A DNA stretch of 64,000 nt, from the NCBI GenBank assembly GCA_903813345.2, contig CAIIXF020000001.1, forward strand, positions 5,332,001 to 5,396,000, in the 5' to 3' direction. The translations under genes were made by a program, and so were the position numbers. The stretch is from Owenia fusiformis. Lineage: Eukaryota. Below the pieces are notes generated by a model. That model searched no databases, was not told the DNA's origin, and saw only the letters and a program-made list of their open reading frames with translations. This document shows, one piece after another, positions 26,801 through 34,685 of the stretch; position 1 is the first letter of the stretch, and each line of letters opens with the position of its first letter.

Positions 26801-29800
26801 TTTCCTGGCTCCATTTTGGATAACAAATGCGAAGCTGTTATTTGTAGCTTTGGCAACATAAGGATCGGAGCATGTTTTAAGGAGTGCAGGTTTCACGTCA
26901 GTAAGCGTTTTCACTTTCGCCAGATGTACTTGATACGATCCTCCAGTGCCTGATATCACTGGGCCATTTTTAAGATTGATATCGAGTGCGTCCTGAACTG
27001 TGTCTGAGTTAGATATGGGAGTTTTAAGGGGATATACCAATCTCCCATTCACCGTCATTTTTTCCTTAGAGATGTTACATCTTACATTATCAGACCAAGT
27101 CAGTAGATGTTTATATACCAATTAGTGTTGTATGATGATGCAATCTTTATATGAATCTAGAAACGTTTTTGTGCCAATATTGCTCAATTTTGATAACATC
27201 TCCGTTATTTTGAAATCAAGCGTGGCAAAGTTTCCCGATGGATTTAGCTAAAAAAAAGTGGTGCCTGTAGGGTTATTGAAAATCATACATGATGAAGAAA
27301 AAATACATATTCCTGAAATACAACAGTTTAATTTTGAGTTATAAACCATTTATGAAAACGGCATATTTGTCAAAATTACCAAAAGTTCAAGTGAGACGCG
27401 TGGCAAAATTTCCCAGGGGTCTAGAGTGGAAATATTTGTACCAAGAGTCAATTTGTAACTAGAATCTATCAGATGGCAGAATTTTGGAAAATTTTGCAGA
27501 TTTGGACAACACTAACCTATAACTTTGTTGAACCTGAAGAAACGTATCAACTTTTTGTTAAATAAAGATAGCAAATTCAGCTGTCTACTGTACCTAACTT
27601 GTACTTTTTGCTAGTACTCAGATTGATGGATATTCTGTCGTATGACATGCGACAAACACCGGTGTAAAAGCGTAGGTGGTCCTATCAAATTATGGTCCTA
27701 GTCTCTATTGATTTATATGGTGACCTGATTACAATTATTTTCCTTCTTATTTATACACAATCAGGGCCAGAAAGGGCCGTTGGGAAAGGGGACCATAATC
27801 CCCAGGGGACCATAATTTCTTTCACACCGGCTTTGTTAGTACTTTGCCTTGGATGTCATACAGTACATTTACACTGTGGCATGATGATGAACTTAGAAAA
27901 TATGTATAGTCATGACAAAATGTTCTTTGTGATATAATATTGTATAGTATCATTCTGATACGTATTACATGTTTATGTTTAGTGCATAAAATTCATAGCC
28001 AGATCAATAATTCGGAGAGAATACGCTGGACGATAGAATATTAAAAACTATAAAAACATTCTTCATAGAATTAAGCAAATAGTGTTATTATCATTTAAGT
28101 AGTAACTGCATATGTTTAAAACCACTCTGTTTAAATACAGGTAAATAAATAAATATGAGAGAGCAATAGTCATCACAATAGAAAAAACGGAGCGAAAATA
28201 TTGAAAGATGACCGAGACAATTGAAAAAAAGGACAAAGTACTGGATTTGACCTAGTTCTTGACCTTTGGCCTAGATAAAAATTTGACACCATTTCTTACC
28301 AACTAGATACTGTACCTTAATTGACCATATAATTGTCTTGAATAGATACTTTGTACAGTAGTTGTTGAGAAAACGTGACCAGTAAAAGAACAAGAATAAG
28401 AATAAACAAAAGAGGCAAAAACAAAGATGTTCCCCTTCACCAATGCAATGCAATCATTTTTCACAATGTTTAATGCATTACTTAAGGAATGACCAAACTT
28501 GCTGTTATTTTCGCCATTCCCAGGTGTGATGTCACACAATACATGCATATAGATTCCTTGAAGCAGATTCAATACAGCACGGTCTTGCCTACAGTATATG
28601 GAGAAATAATGAACGTTCATTATTGGATATGCTGCATTCTGATTGGTTTAGAAATTCAAATAGAGCACGGTCATGTTTGAATATTCTTTATTTTGATATC
28701 AATGAGTTATTGAAATGAAAACTGAACTCTCTTAAGATGAGTGTTGACAATGTTATTTCCCCGTTTAGAAAAACAATTGGTTTCAACTCATTTTGGTCAT
28801 CCAAATTCAGTATCTTTTAAGTCACTATATCCACTATATTCAACTTCTAAAATAATCAACGGAACCATTCGGAATACTTTTATAAACATAGTTTGGCCAA
28901 ATGCATAGGTGGGGGACAAAGTGAGTTTTAAAGTATTCACCTCCACATAGCCTTGCCCAAGTCGGTCTCTTTTACTTATTTTGATTTCTATTATTAATAA
29001 TTCAAGATCAGATAAGTAAAAAGATATCGACTTAGGCAAGGCTAACCTCCACAGGGTAATGAGAGTCTCTTGATGTGGAGTTGTAGTGTGGTGGTCTCAT
29101 TAATGGAGACCTTGGCCCCTTCCCTCTGGAGGTCCTTTATTTTCTGTACCGTTATCCCAAAATGGTGGGACCTATACTTAAATCCCCCGACTTCCTCCCT
29201 GAGATATCGTTTATGCACTTTAAGGTCCTGTGTGAGGTACCGTCTCATTTCATGTTCTATATAACACGTTCGATTTGATTATCCCCGGTGTTGCAGTAGT
29301 AGCACTTAAACATATGCGGTATCATAAGATGCCGTTCAAAAAAAGAAATAACACATATACATTTCTTTGATTGATTATCAATAGCTAAACATAACCGTTT
29401 CGGTTACAAGTGTGTTCAAATGCGTGACCGTTGTCGTATTATCATCAATTCGTTTATGTAACCAAAGCGAGGGATTAAATGGGCGTTCCTGTCATCCAAC
29501 AAACTATTTCGATTAAAATCACTTGGTTGTCCAGAAAGATATTTTGCTTATCCATATTTCGGCCGAAAAGATCTGGATGATTCGTGCTGTATCTCGAGAT
29601 ATCAAGGAAAACGAAAATTCTTACCGATTTCTTCAGCCGGAACAGCAGCCATCTTGTTACCAAAACGATTCGTTTTGGTAACCAGCGTAATCGAGCGGAT
29701 CACCAGTGAGTATAGCGTTTTTTCTTTTACATGTTACTTTTTGTACATCATTGATTGATCCGCTCTAATCTGCCCTCGGCCGATAATTTATAAATTATTT

Positions 29801-32800
29801 ATGTTGAACATTAGCAAAACAGGATTCCAGATTATATTGTGTTTCAAACCAGACACTTGGTTTCCTCACAAAATCAAATACAGGACAATAACATATAATT
29901 AAAGTTAAAAAGCAACATCTTCACAAACATTTAAATTATCAATTTCATGCAATCAGTTATAGTTATACTCCGTATGTATGCTAAACTTAAGACTGGTGTT
30001 AAGAATCGACCAAGGCAAACCTATGTAAAATTACACATCGATGAACAAAATGTTTTAGAATACAACTCCACGTTTGTAGTCATAGACTCGGCGGGGCGTA
30101 GTGGAAGGTGACGGGACGTATTAGTCAAATTTTAAGAGATGTGTGGATGATTTAGAAACTGCTGCGTTTGATGCCCAAAAATCAAAACGTAGCGATGGAA
30201 GGTTGTAATGGGAGTCCATTCTGAAATTATGAGCGAGAATGGGTAAAAGACTGGCGAGATAACTTGACTTACAGTTGAAAGTTATGAAAATTTGCTTTAT
30301 CTCGCAGCTGGGGACCAAAACGTCGCTAAAACGAGGTACTTTGTACACGAAAACAATGTATCGACTGAAAGGTATTTCTGTGAAGCTTTGTACGGAACAA
30401 GTTTGAAGAAAAATGGTGAAGTGTGAGACTCACAATCCTTGATTTTCAAACACTGGGTTAGGTTTTAAATTCAAATTAACGGTTTTTCGGGACGGAGTGG
30501 TTTCGATACGTCCCGAAGAGATCCTACCGCGTGCTTATGAAAACAGAAAAATGTAAGGATGCTGTGGAAAGTCTACCTAGGGTACTATAAGCATTGCTTT
30601 GAATTTTATTACTTTGTTTTGTTTCGTTTTCAATAGAAGTCTCCAGCACTAAATTACATCACTGAAAATACTTTAGCAGCAGGATCCTGTGAAAAATTGA
30701 CAATGCATATTATTCTTCTGGAATATTCCAAAGTACAATGTCAAAAATGTTTACTCACTTCTCTCAACCAGATTTCTTGATTACAATTTGCAACTGGGTT
30801 GTTGGTAATTTTTACATTGTGGTTCTGACTGGCATGGCCTTATTTATTACAATTATGATTTCTCCAAAAACTATTTGAAAGGTTATCAGCGATTAGCATA
30901 TTAACTGAGTCAACAGCTCCCATATGATATCTTCATTCAACTAAGACTAGAAGCTGAATTTTGTAAAGCGAAGATGAGATAATCTGTGGAACATGTTCTC
31001 AATCACGTTTGATGATTTAGGCTAATGAAGTGCACACATGGGTGTCTGAAGTACATTGATGGAAAAATTATTCCTATAACAAATGGGATTGAAGTTTAAG
31101 ACTTGAATATCCTCTTCATATACCCATGCTAAGTCATCCAATTGAAAACAAAATTTTAAGATGTGTCCGAATGTTTCAGTAACCCTTTAACAACTAGATA
31201 ACAGCAACACAAAGGCATAGCAAATCCCATGTACAACTAGGAATCATGTCAAAGAATGGCCACTTTAGATTTACTGCAAAAGGATAATGTGCCATTCTTG
31301 CACCATTTACATAGTACTATAAAATATCAACAAAATCATTCCTTTGGAAGTTATCTAGAGAAACTGTGCCATGCTTCAACAAAATTGCTCTTCTCAGTGA
31401 TCTCCCTCGGATTTGTTTTCAGATGGGTGCAAATTTTTTTCGGTTGCTTCACTTACAGTATTAAAAAATTTGAAATAATTTTAGCCACTCGCTTTGCTTG
31501 TGAGATTTCAATCTTACAGATGTATGCCGCTCGTTTCAATAATGATACTTATTTCTTCATAATATTCTCCTCCTAATACTCACATCAAGCTACTTTTTTT
31601 ATCAACTTAGCTGATTTTACTAATTTAATGTAAATTGGAATAGGAGGGGGATGATAACGATAACTGTTAACACAACTAGAAAAACAGCATGGAGTAGCAA
31701 ATCCCACCGAACAAAATATGTTTTGATAAATAGTGGCCATATAAAATTTGAGCAAAATCCATCTACTGGTATTTGAGTTGTCAAAGATTATGTTTTTTTT
31801 TGAAACATGGTGGCCCTTTTAAAATTCAGCTACAATCTTTCTTCTTGAGCAGTGCGCCTATGGCCGTAGGCATCAGCATATAAAATCTAATCCAAATCCG
31901 TCAACTGGTACTTGAATTACATTTTTAATGAAAAATGGCAGAGATATCCAGAAATTTTCTCGAGCAGAGCTCTCTAGGCATCAATATATAAAATCTAAGG
32001 TAAATCCGTCTAGTGGTATTTGAGTTATTGAAGATTACGAAAATGAAAAATGGCAGCCATTTTGAAATTCAACTGACACCTTTGAAATTTCTTCTGAAGA
32101 AGATCTTCTTTGTCCCTAGACATCAGCATATAAAATTGGAACTGAATTCATCCACTGGTATTTGATTTATCAATGATTATATTTTTTAAAAATTCAGTGG
32201 CCATCTTGAAAATGTCTTCTTGAGCAAAACTTCTTTGTCTCTAGGCATCAGCATATAGAATTTGAACCAAATCCGTCAACTGGTATTTGAGTTATCAAAG
32301 ATTACATTCTTTTACGAAAAATGGTGGCCATTTAAAAAAAATTAACTGCCATCTTGAAAATCCCTTCTTGAGCAGAGCTCCTATGTCTCTAGGCATCAGC
32401 ATATAAAATTTGAACCAAATCCGTCTACTGGTATTTGAGTTATCAAAGATTACATTATTTACGAAAAATGGTAGCCATTTTAAATTGAGCGGCCATATTG
32501 AAAATTCATTCTTGAGCAGAGTTCCTACACCCACAAGGCATAAGCCTATAAAATTGAATCAAATTAGTCAACTGGTGTTTGAGTTATTCCCCGGACAGAC
32601 TCACAAATGGACGGACGGATGAACAGACAAACTGACGAACAGACAGACGGAATGACCAAAAACAACCAGTGAAAATCGCCTGTTGCCTGCTGCAAATGAA
32701 ATCCCTACATAAAGAAAATGTTTGTTTTAAGTAAATGTTATTAGTTATGAAGGACCTCCACAATTCCAGAAAATTAACTAGAGAAGGAGTGTTTATATCC

Positions 32801-33530
32801 CCAAGATTTGGGGGGGGGGGTCAAAAAAAGGTCCCACTCACCTGTTCTATATCCAGCTTTACTTAAATATGTGGCAAAGTTTCTGGTTTCATGTGTCTGC
32901 TGCCAGGAAATACTGGAGCAGTTATCATTGTTTGTATATGTGTTGTGATTATGTACATACATTCCTGTGAGGAAAGAACTTCTAGATGGACAACACATTG
33001 GAGTTGTTACAAATGCATTCTCAAAATGAGCCCCTTCTTTTTCTAAAAGTCTCAGTGTCTTAGGCATGAACTGCATTGAACCTGGAATAGAAGACCAAAA
33101 GTTTCAAGGTTGATTTGGGAAATCTATATTACACACAGGTGATGGTCCACATTTCTTGTTTTGTCTTAGTTACTTCAAGCAGTGTATATAACTAGTAATT
33201 CATACTCAATTTTGTTCAGTAATAGGTTGATAGAAAAATCTTAATATGAAAAGCTTGATCAAAAACTCAATTCTCATGGTAAGCCTACATTTTCTTACCT
33301 AACTCAGAATCTTGATCATCTGTCATGACAATCACTATATTAGGCTTGTCACTACGTTTATGTTGTTTTTTATGATGCCGTTGATTTGGTATTCTTGCCC
33401 GAGCTTCATCTCTCTGTCTCTGTTCCCGGGCTCTGTGTTTATATGAGTGTCTTTGTCCTTCAGAGTATTGCCAATAGATGGCTCCAGAGATCACTGCCAC
33501 CAAAATGGCAGACACCATAGAGAATTGCAT
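2599..33530 (-). CDS. Sulf1: Extracellular heparan-sulfate 6-O-endosulfatase (Sulf1/Sulf2 type), multi-exon, 3'-incomplete in window
   Basis: Signal peptide, [17 protein letters not shown] formylglycine motif, [20 protein letters not shown], basic hydrophilic domain, C-terminal [15 protein letters not shown]. 14 core exons join in phase via GT-AG (2548 nt, about 849 aa). Confidence 0.97.
2918..3568 (+). mobile_element. HINE/pearl-like element with ~120-145 bp tandem cores
   Basis: About 4 copies of the AAAATGGCCAC...CTCTAGAACTTGATA unit, (CACGAT)-like microsatellite, terminal hairpin. Confidence 0.65.
4960..5022 (-). CDS. Sulf1: Possible small Sulf cassette exon (63 nt, phase 2-2)
   Basis: Pyrimidine tract, weak aag| acceptor, CAG|GTTTTA donor; open frame [21 protein letters not shown]. 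Confidence 0.35.
5264..5377 (-). CDS. Sulf1: Probable Sulf cassette exon (114 nt, phase 2-2)
   Basis: tag|G...AG|GTATAA; open in the Sulf frame: [39 protein letters not shown]. Confidence 0.7.
5585..7387 (+). pseudogene. Intronless, decayed DEG/ENaC (FaNaC-like) sodium channel pseudogene, antisense in a Sulf intron
   Basis: Ordered motifs: [14 protein letters not shown] (HG), [62 protein letters not shown]...[14 protein letters not shown]...[14 protein letters not shown] (TM2); several stops and frameshifts; split by repeats at ~6070-6630. Confidence 0.88.
6167..6617. mobile_element. Two adjacent foldback/MITE-like elements
   Basis: IR 6167-6203 vs 6465-6500, internal hairpin 6246-6291, second imperfect palindrome ~6503-6617. 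Confidence 0.65.
7946..8157 (-). CDS. Sulf1: Sulf coding exon 13
   Basis: DVRKKIFK...S/T/P-rich segment...PECNCED; acag| and |GTAAG. Confidence 0.88.
8179..8985 (+). mobile_element. HINE/pearl-like element with tandem GACCTTGAGAAGGTC cores
   Basis: AACTAGAAAACAGC start shared with the copy at 31674; about 3 tandem units at 8570-8900. Confidence 0.55.
9350..9576 (-). CDS. Sulf1: Sulf coding exon 12
   Basis: [13 protein letters not shown]...[23 protein letters not shown], resembling the conserved Sulf hydrophilic-domain block. Confidence 0.92.
9855..10082 (-). CDS. Sulf1: Sulf coding exon 11 (basic, convertase-type sites)
   Basis: [23 protein letters not shown]...RIKRSL...RKKRD...EEGEES; phase-consistent. 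Confidence 0.88.
10442..10622 (-). CDS. Sulf1: Sulf coding exon 10
   Basis: [17 protein letters not shown]...CNCGRK...QHVK; phase-consistent. Confidence 0.92.
11004..11136 (-). CDS. Sulf1: Sulf coding exon 9 (start of hydrophilic domain)
   Basis: KITNKQ...[22 protein letters not shown]; phase-consistent AG/GT. Confidence 0.92.
11412..11471 (-). CDS. Sulf1: Sulf coding exon 8
   Basis: [20 protein letters not shown]; ttttcag| and |GTGAGT. Confidence 0.94.
11755..12590 (-). mobile_element. 3' fragment of a LINE (RTEX-like)
   Basis: KLRTY..FK..EEYL...[18 protein letters not shown]...[11 protein letters not shown]-terminal domain; AATAAA and (ATACAA)n-like tail at ~11755-11797. Confidence 0.85.
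12623..12736 (-). CDS. Sulf1: Sulf coding exon 7
   Basis: [35 protein letters not shown]; tttcag| and |GTAAGT. Confidence 0.95.
13799..13974 (-). CDS. Sulf1: Sulf coding exon 6
   Basis: [53 protein letters not shown]; |GTAAGT donor. Confidence 0.96.
14309..14459 (-). CDS. Sulf1: Sulf coding exon 5
   Basis: [16 protein letters not shown]...[20 protein letters not shown] flanks. Confidence 0.96.
14600..15810 (+). mobile_element. HINE-like element related to 852-1944, interrupted by a MITE
   Basis: Same core units and 3' end (GGATGGATGG...CCCTATTTCCCTCCGAACTTTG). Confidence 0.6.
15141..15620. mobile_element. PIF/Harbinger-type MITE
   Basis: ~50-bp TIR GGGGCGGGGTCAAAATATC..., TAA TSD on both sides. 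Confidence 0.9.
15908..16003 (-). CDS. Sulf1: Sulf coding exon 4
   Basis: [33 protein letters not shown]; tttcag| and |GTAAG. Confidence 0.95.
16044..16598. mobile_element. Tc1/mariner-type MITE
   Basis: ~135-bp imperfect TIRs CAGACT...AGTCTG, flanked by TA / CA. Confidence 0.8.
17591..17816 (-). CDS. Sulf1: Sulf coding exon 3
   Basis: [33 protein letters not shown]...[15 protein letters not shown] flanks. Confidence 0.96.
17955..18790 (+). repeat. ~162-bp tandem repeat array (HINE core, same family as 25051-26550)
   Basis: About 4-5 copies of AAAATCCAAAATGGCTGCCTT...GAATCATCCCTGAAAATTTGAAATTG. Confidence 0.8.
20962..24040 (-). pseudogene. LINE ORF2 (APE endonuclease + reverse transcriptase), one frameshift
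   Basis: SETWL, GGGV, GDFN, IDNIF, SDHFP; YRPIS, QYGFR, DLTKAFD, GVPQGS, YADD. A +1 frameshift near 22000 joins the 681-aa and 321-aa ORFs; the usual YRPP segment of the endonuclease appears deleted in frame. Confidence 0.93.
25051..26550 (+). mobile_element. Complete HINE/pearl-type element
   Basis: Subterminal IR ATGTCCCCACCA (25074) / TGGTGGGGACAT (26536), ~5.5 tandem 162-bp cores, (GACA/GACG)n, 3' stem-loop. Confidence 0.85.
26621..27121 (-). CDS. 5'-truncated ORF with IMPACT/YigZ (UPF0029)-like domain; probable LINE ORF1 C-terminus
   Basis: [10 protein letters not shown]...DV...ATNNSFAF...DDGDSGMG...IIISRW follows the IMPACT pattern; preceded by EKMTVNGRL, like the ORF1 DKLxINGK motif; frame begins at TTG right after a stop. 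Confidence 0.7.
   Translation of the reverse strand: MVYKHLLTWSDNVRCNISKEKMTVNGRLVYPLKTPISNSDTVQDALDINLKNGPVISGTGGSYQVHLAKVKTLTDVKPALLKTCSDPYVAKATNNSFAFVIQNGARKYYDFQDDGDSGMGRTIRNTIVELNLSDTMIIISRWDNDRYDPEKWKLVSKLIKDKIGDT
27659..27830. mobile_element. Small MITE
   Basis: CCGGTGTAAAAG / CTTTCACACCGG ends with inverted ATTATGGTCC / GGACCATAAT subterminal motifs. Confidence 0.6.
29048..29326 (-). pseudogene. Degenerate zinc-finger-like first exon inside the TIR element
   Basis: [31 protein letters not shown]... with a 2-nt frameshift; ends at GAG|GTTAG; downstream of a CpG-rich promoter-like patch. Confidence 0.4.
31674..32665 (+). mobile_element. HINE/pearl-like element with tandem cores
   Basis: AACTAGAAAAACAGC start, ~7 ATCCGTCxACTGGTATTTGAGTT units, (GGAC/AGAC)n at the 3' end. 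Confidence 0.75.
32842..33081 (-). CDS. Sulf1: Sulf coding exon 2 (catalytic CCPSR motif)
   Basis: GSMQFMPKT...[15 protein letters not shown]...GYRTG; ccag| acceptor, |GTGAG donor; 240 nt. Confidence 0.97.
33299..33530 (-). CDS. Sulf1: Sulf coding exon 1 (signal peptide to DDQDSELG)
   Basis: [16 protein letters not shown]...[19 protein letters not shown]; donor G|GTAAG at 33298; upstream acceptor ttccag gives exon start 33595. Confidence 0.95.
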
Positions 33531-34244
33531 TATGGGTATTTATGAATCTAATGACCCCGTGTTAGTACATTCGTGTCATATATTGTCTAGCTAATCTGGA
33601 AATAGAACACAAGTCATGCTAAAATAACTTTCACCCATTCTAAAGAGCCAATAGTGTCTCAATTGGCACTTATGGTATCTTAAGCTGTTCAAACCAATGA
33701 CAATAAAACTAATGTGAATCAATTTGAGACCTTTTTAGATATAATCCTTCTTGTTACTCTATATTGAGACTCTCTTTTCATTAGAAAGTAATTCAAAACA
33801 TAGTAAAAAGTCATAAAGGTTCACAATCCACCAGTTTGTATTTCTTGAAAAATACCAGACATATATGCTTAGCACTTATGTCCACATATATTGTCATTCT
33901 GTAAATACTTTATATTTGACAATTAAAGTAAGATATTGCTTTTGAACAAACTTAATATGAACTGAACATTGAGATTGCCATTTCTTGTGCTGTCTGAATG
34001 AGGCAAACATGTTAGTATGTCCTTATAAGAGCAAAAATGTCCACTATTAAGAAAATGATACAATATCTTTCTTATCATAAGAAACTACAATGAAAAATAT
34101 AAGAATACATTGCTCCATGCAAACATACTGAATGGAAGGTTCCAATAAAAACATAATTTTATCATTCACTCTAAGTCTCACTTTAAGAAAATTTTACAAT
34201 ATCTTATTATAAGAAACTACAATGAAAAATAAGAGAATATGAAT

Positions 34245-34685
34245 AAATAGTACCGTGGGTACTGGGCTAACATGGTGTTGCTCAAAAGTGAATGATGGCT
34301 AAAATGGCAGAAAATAGAAAAAACGGAAATAATTTTTTGCCGATTTTTTGTAACAAAATTGTTTCATACAACTGCTCTTTACAAAATGGCGACCATTGGT
34401 GAGGTTTTGAACCAGGAGTCATAGGGGAGTTTTCTGTATTGATGTTGAACAAAAATAACTTAAAACGGGAGGTTCTAAGCCAAGTGGTCCAAAAGTGGAT
34501 TTTACGAGACAGATGGACAAATCAATGTTAAAATGGCTGAAAATAAAAAAAAAACTGATATAATTTTTTGCCGATTATCGACAGAGGTTTTAAAAAGGGC
34601 CAACTGTTGACAGACAGACTGACAGACGGATGGACGGACAGACAGACGGACAAGTGAGTGATTGCAATAGCTCAAGCTAAAAATA
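34245..34685 (+). mobile_element. HINE-like fragment
   Basis: AAAATGGC cores and (GACA/GACG)n microsatellite near 34608-34652. Confidence 0.55.

Larger units (their letters stand above)
20727..27121 (-). mobile_element. CR1/L2-group LINE, 5'-truncated, nested in the TIR element
   Basis: AATAAA plus (TTGAA)n tail at ~20727-20755; EN-RT ORF2 20962-24040; upstream same-strand ORF1-like fragment 26621-27121. The link between ORF1 and ORF2 is inferred. Confidence 0.8.
19867..30533. mobile_element. 10.7-kb non-autonomous DNA transposon with ~540-bp TIRs, CAC...GTG termini and 5-bp TSD CTTAT (Transib/RAG-like signature)
   Basis: 19867-~20405 is the reverse complement of ~29991-30533; CTTAT at 19862-19866 and 30534-30538. 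Confidence 0.9.

Noticed and set aside
26420-26953. 177-aa plus-strand ORF
   Set aside because: Antisense shadow of the IMPACT-like ORF joined to microsatellite translation (TDRQ repeats).
19867-30533. Polinton/Maverick or CACTA assignment for the long-TIR element
   Set aside because: No AG...CT ends, 6-bp TSD, PolB or integrase; no CACTA/CACTG terminus or 3-bp TSD.
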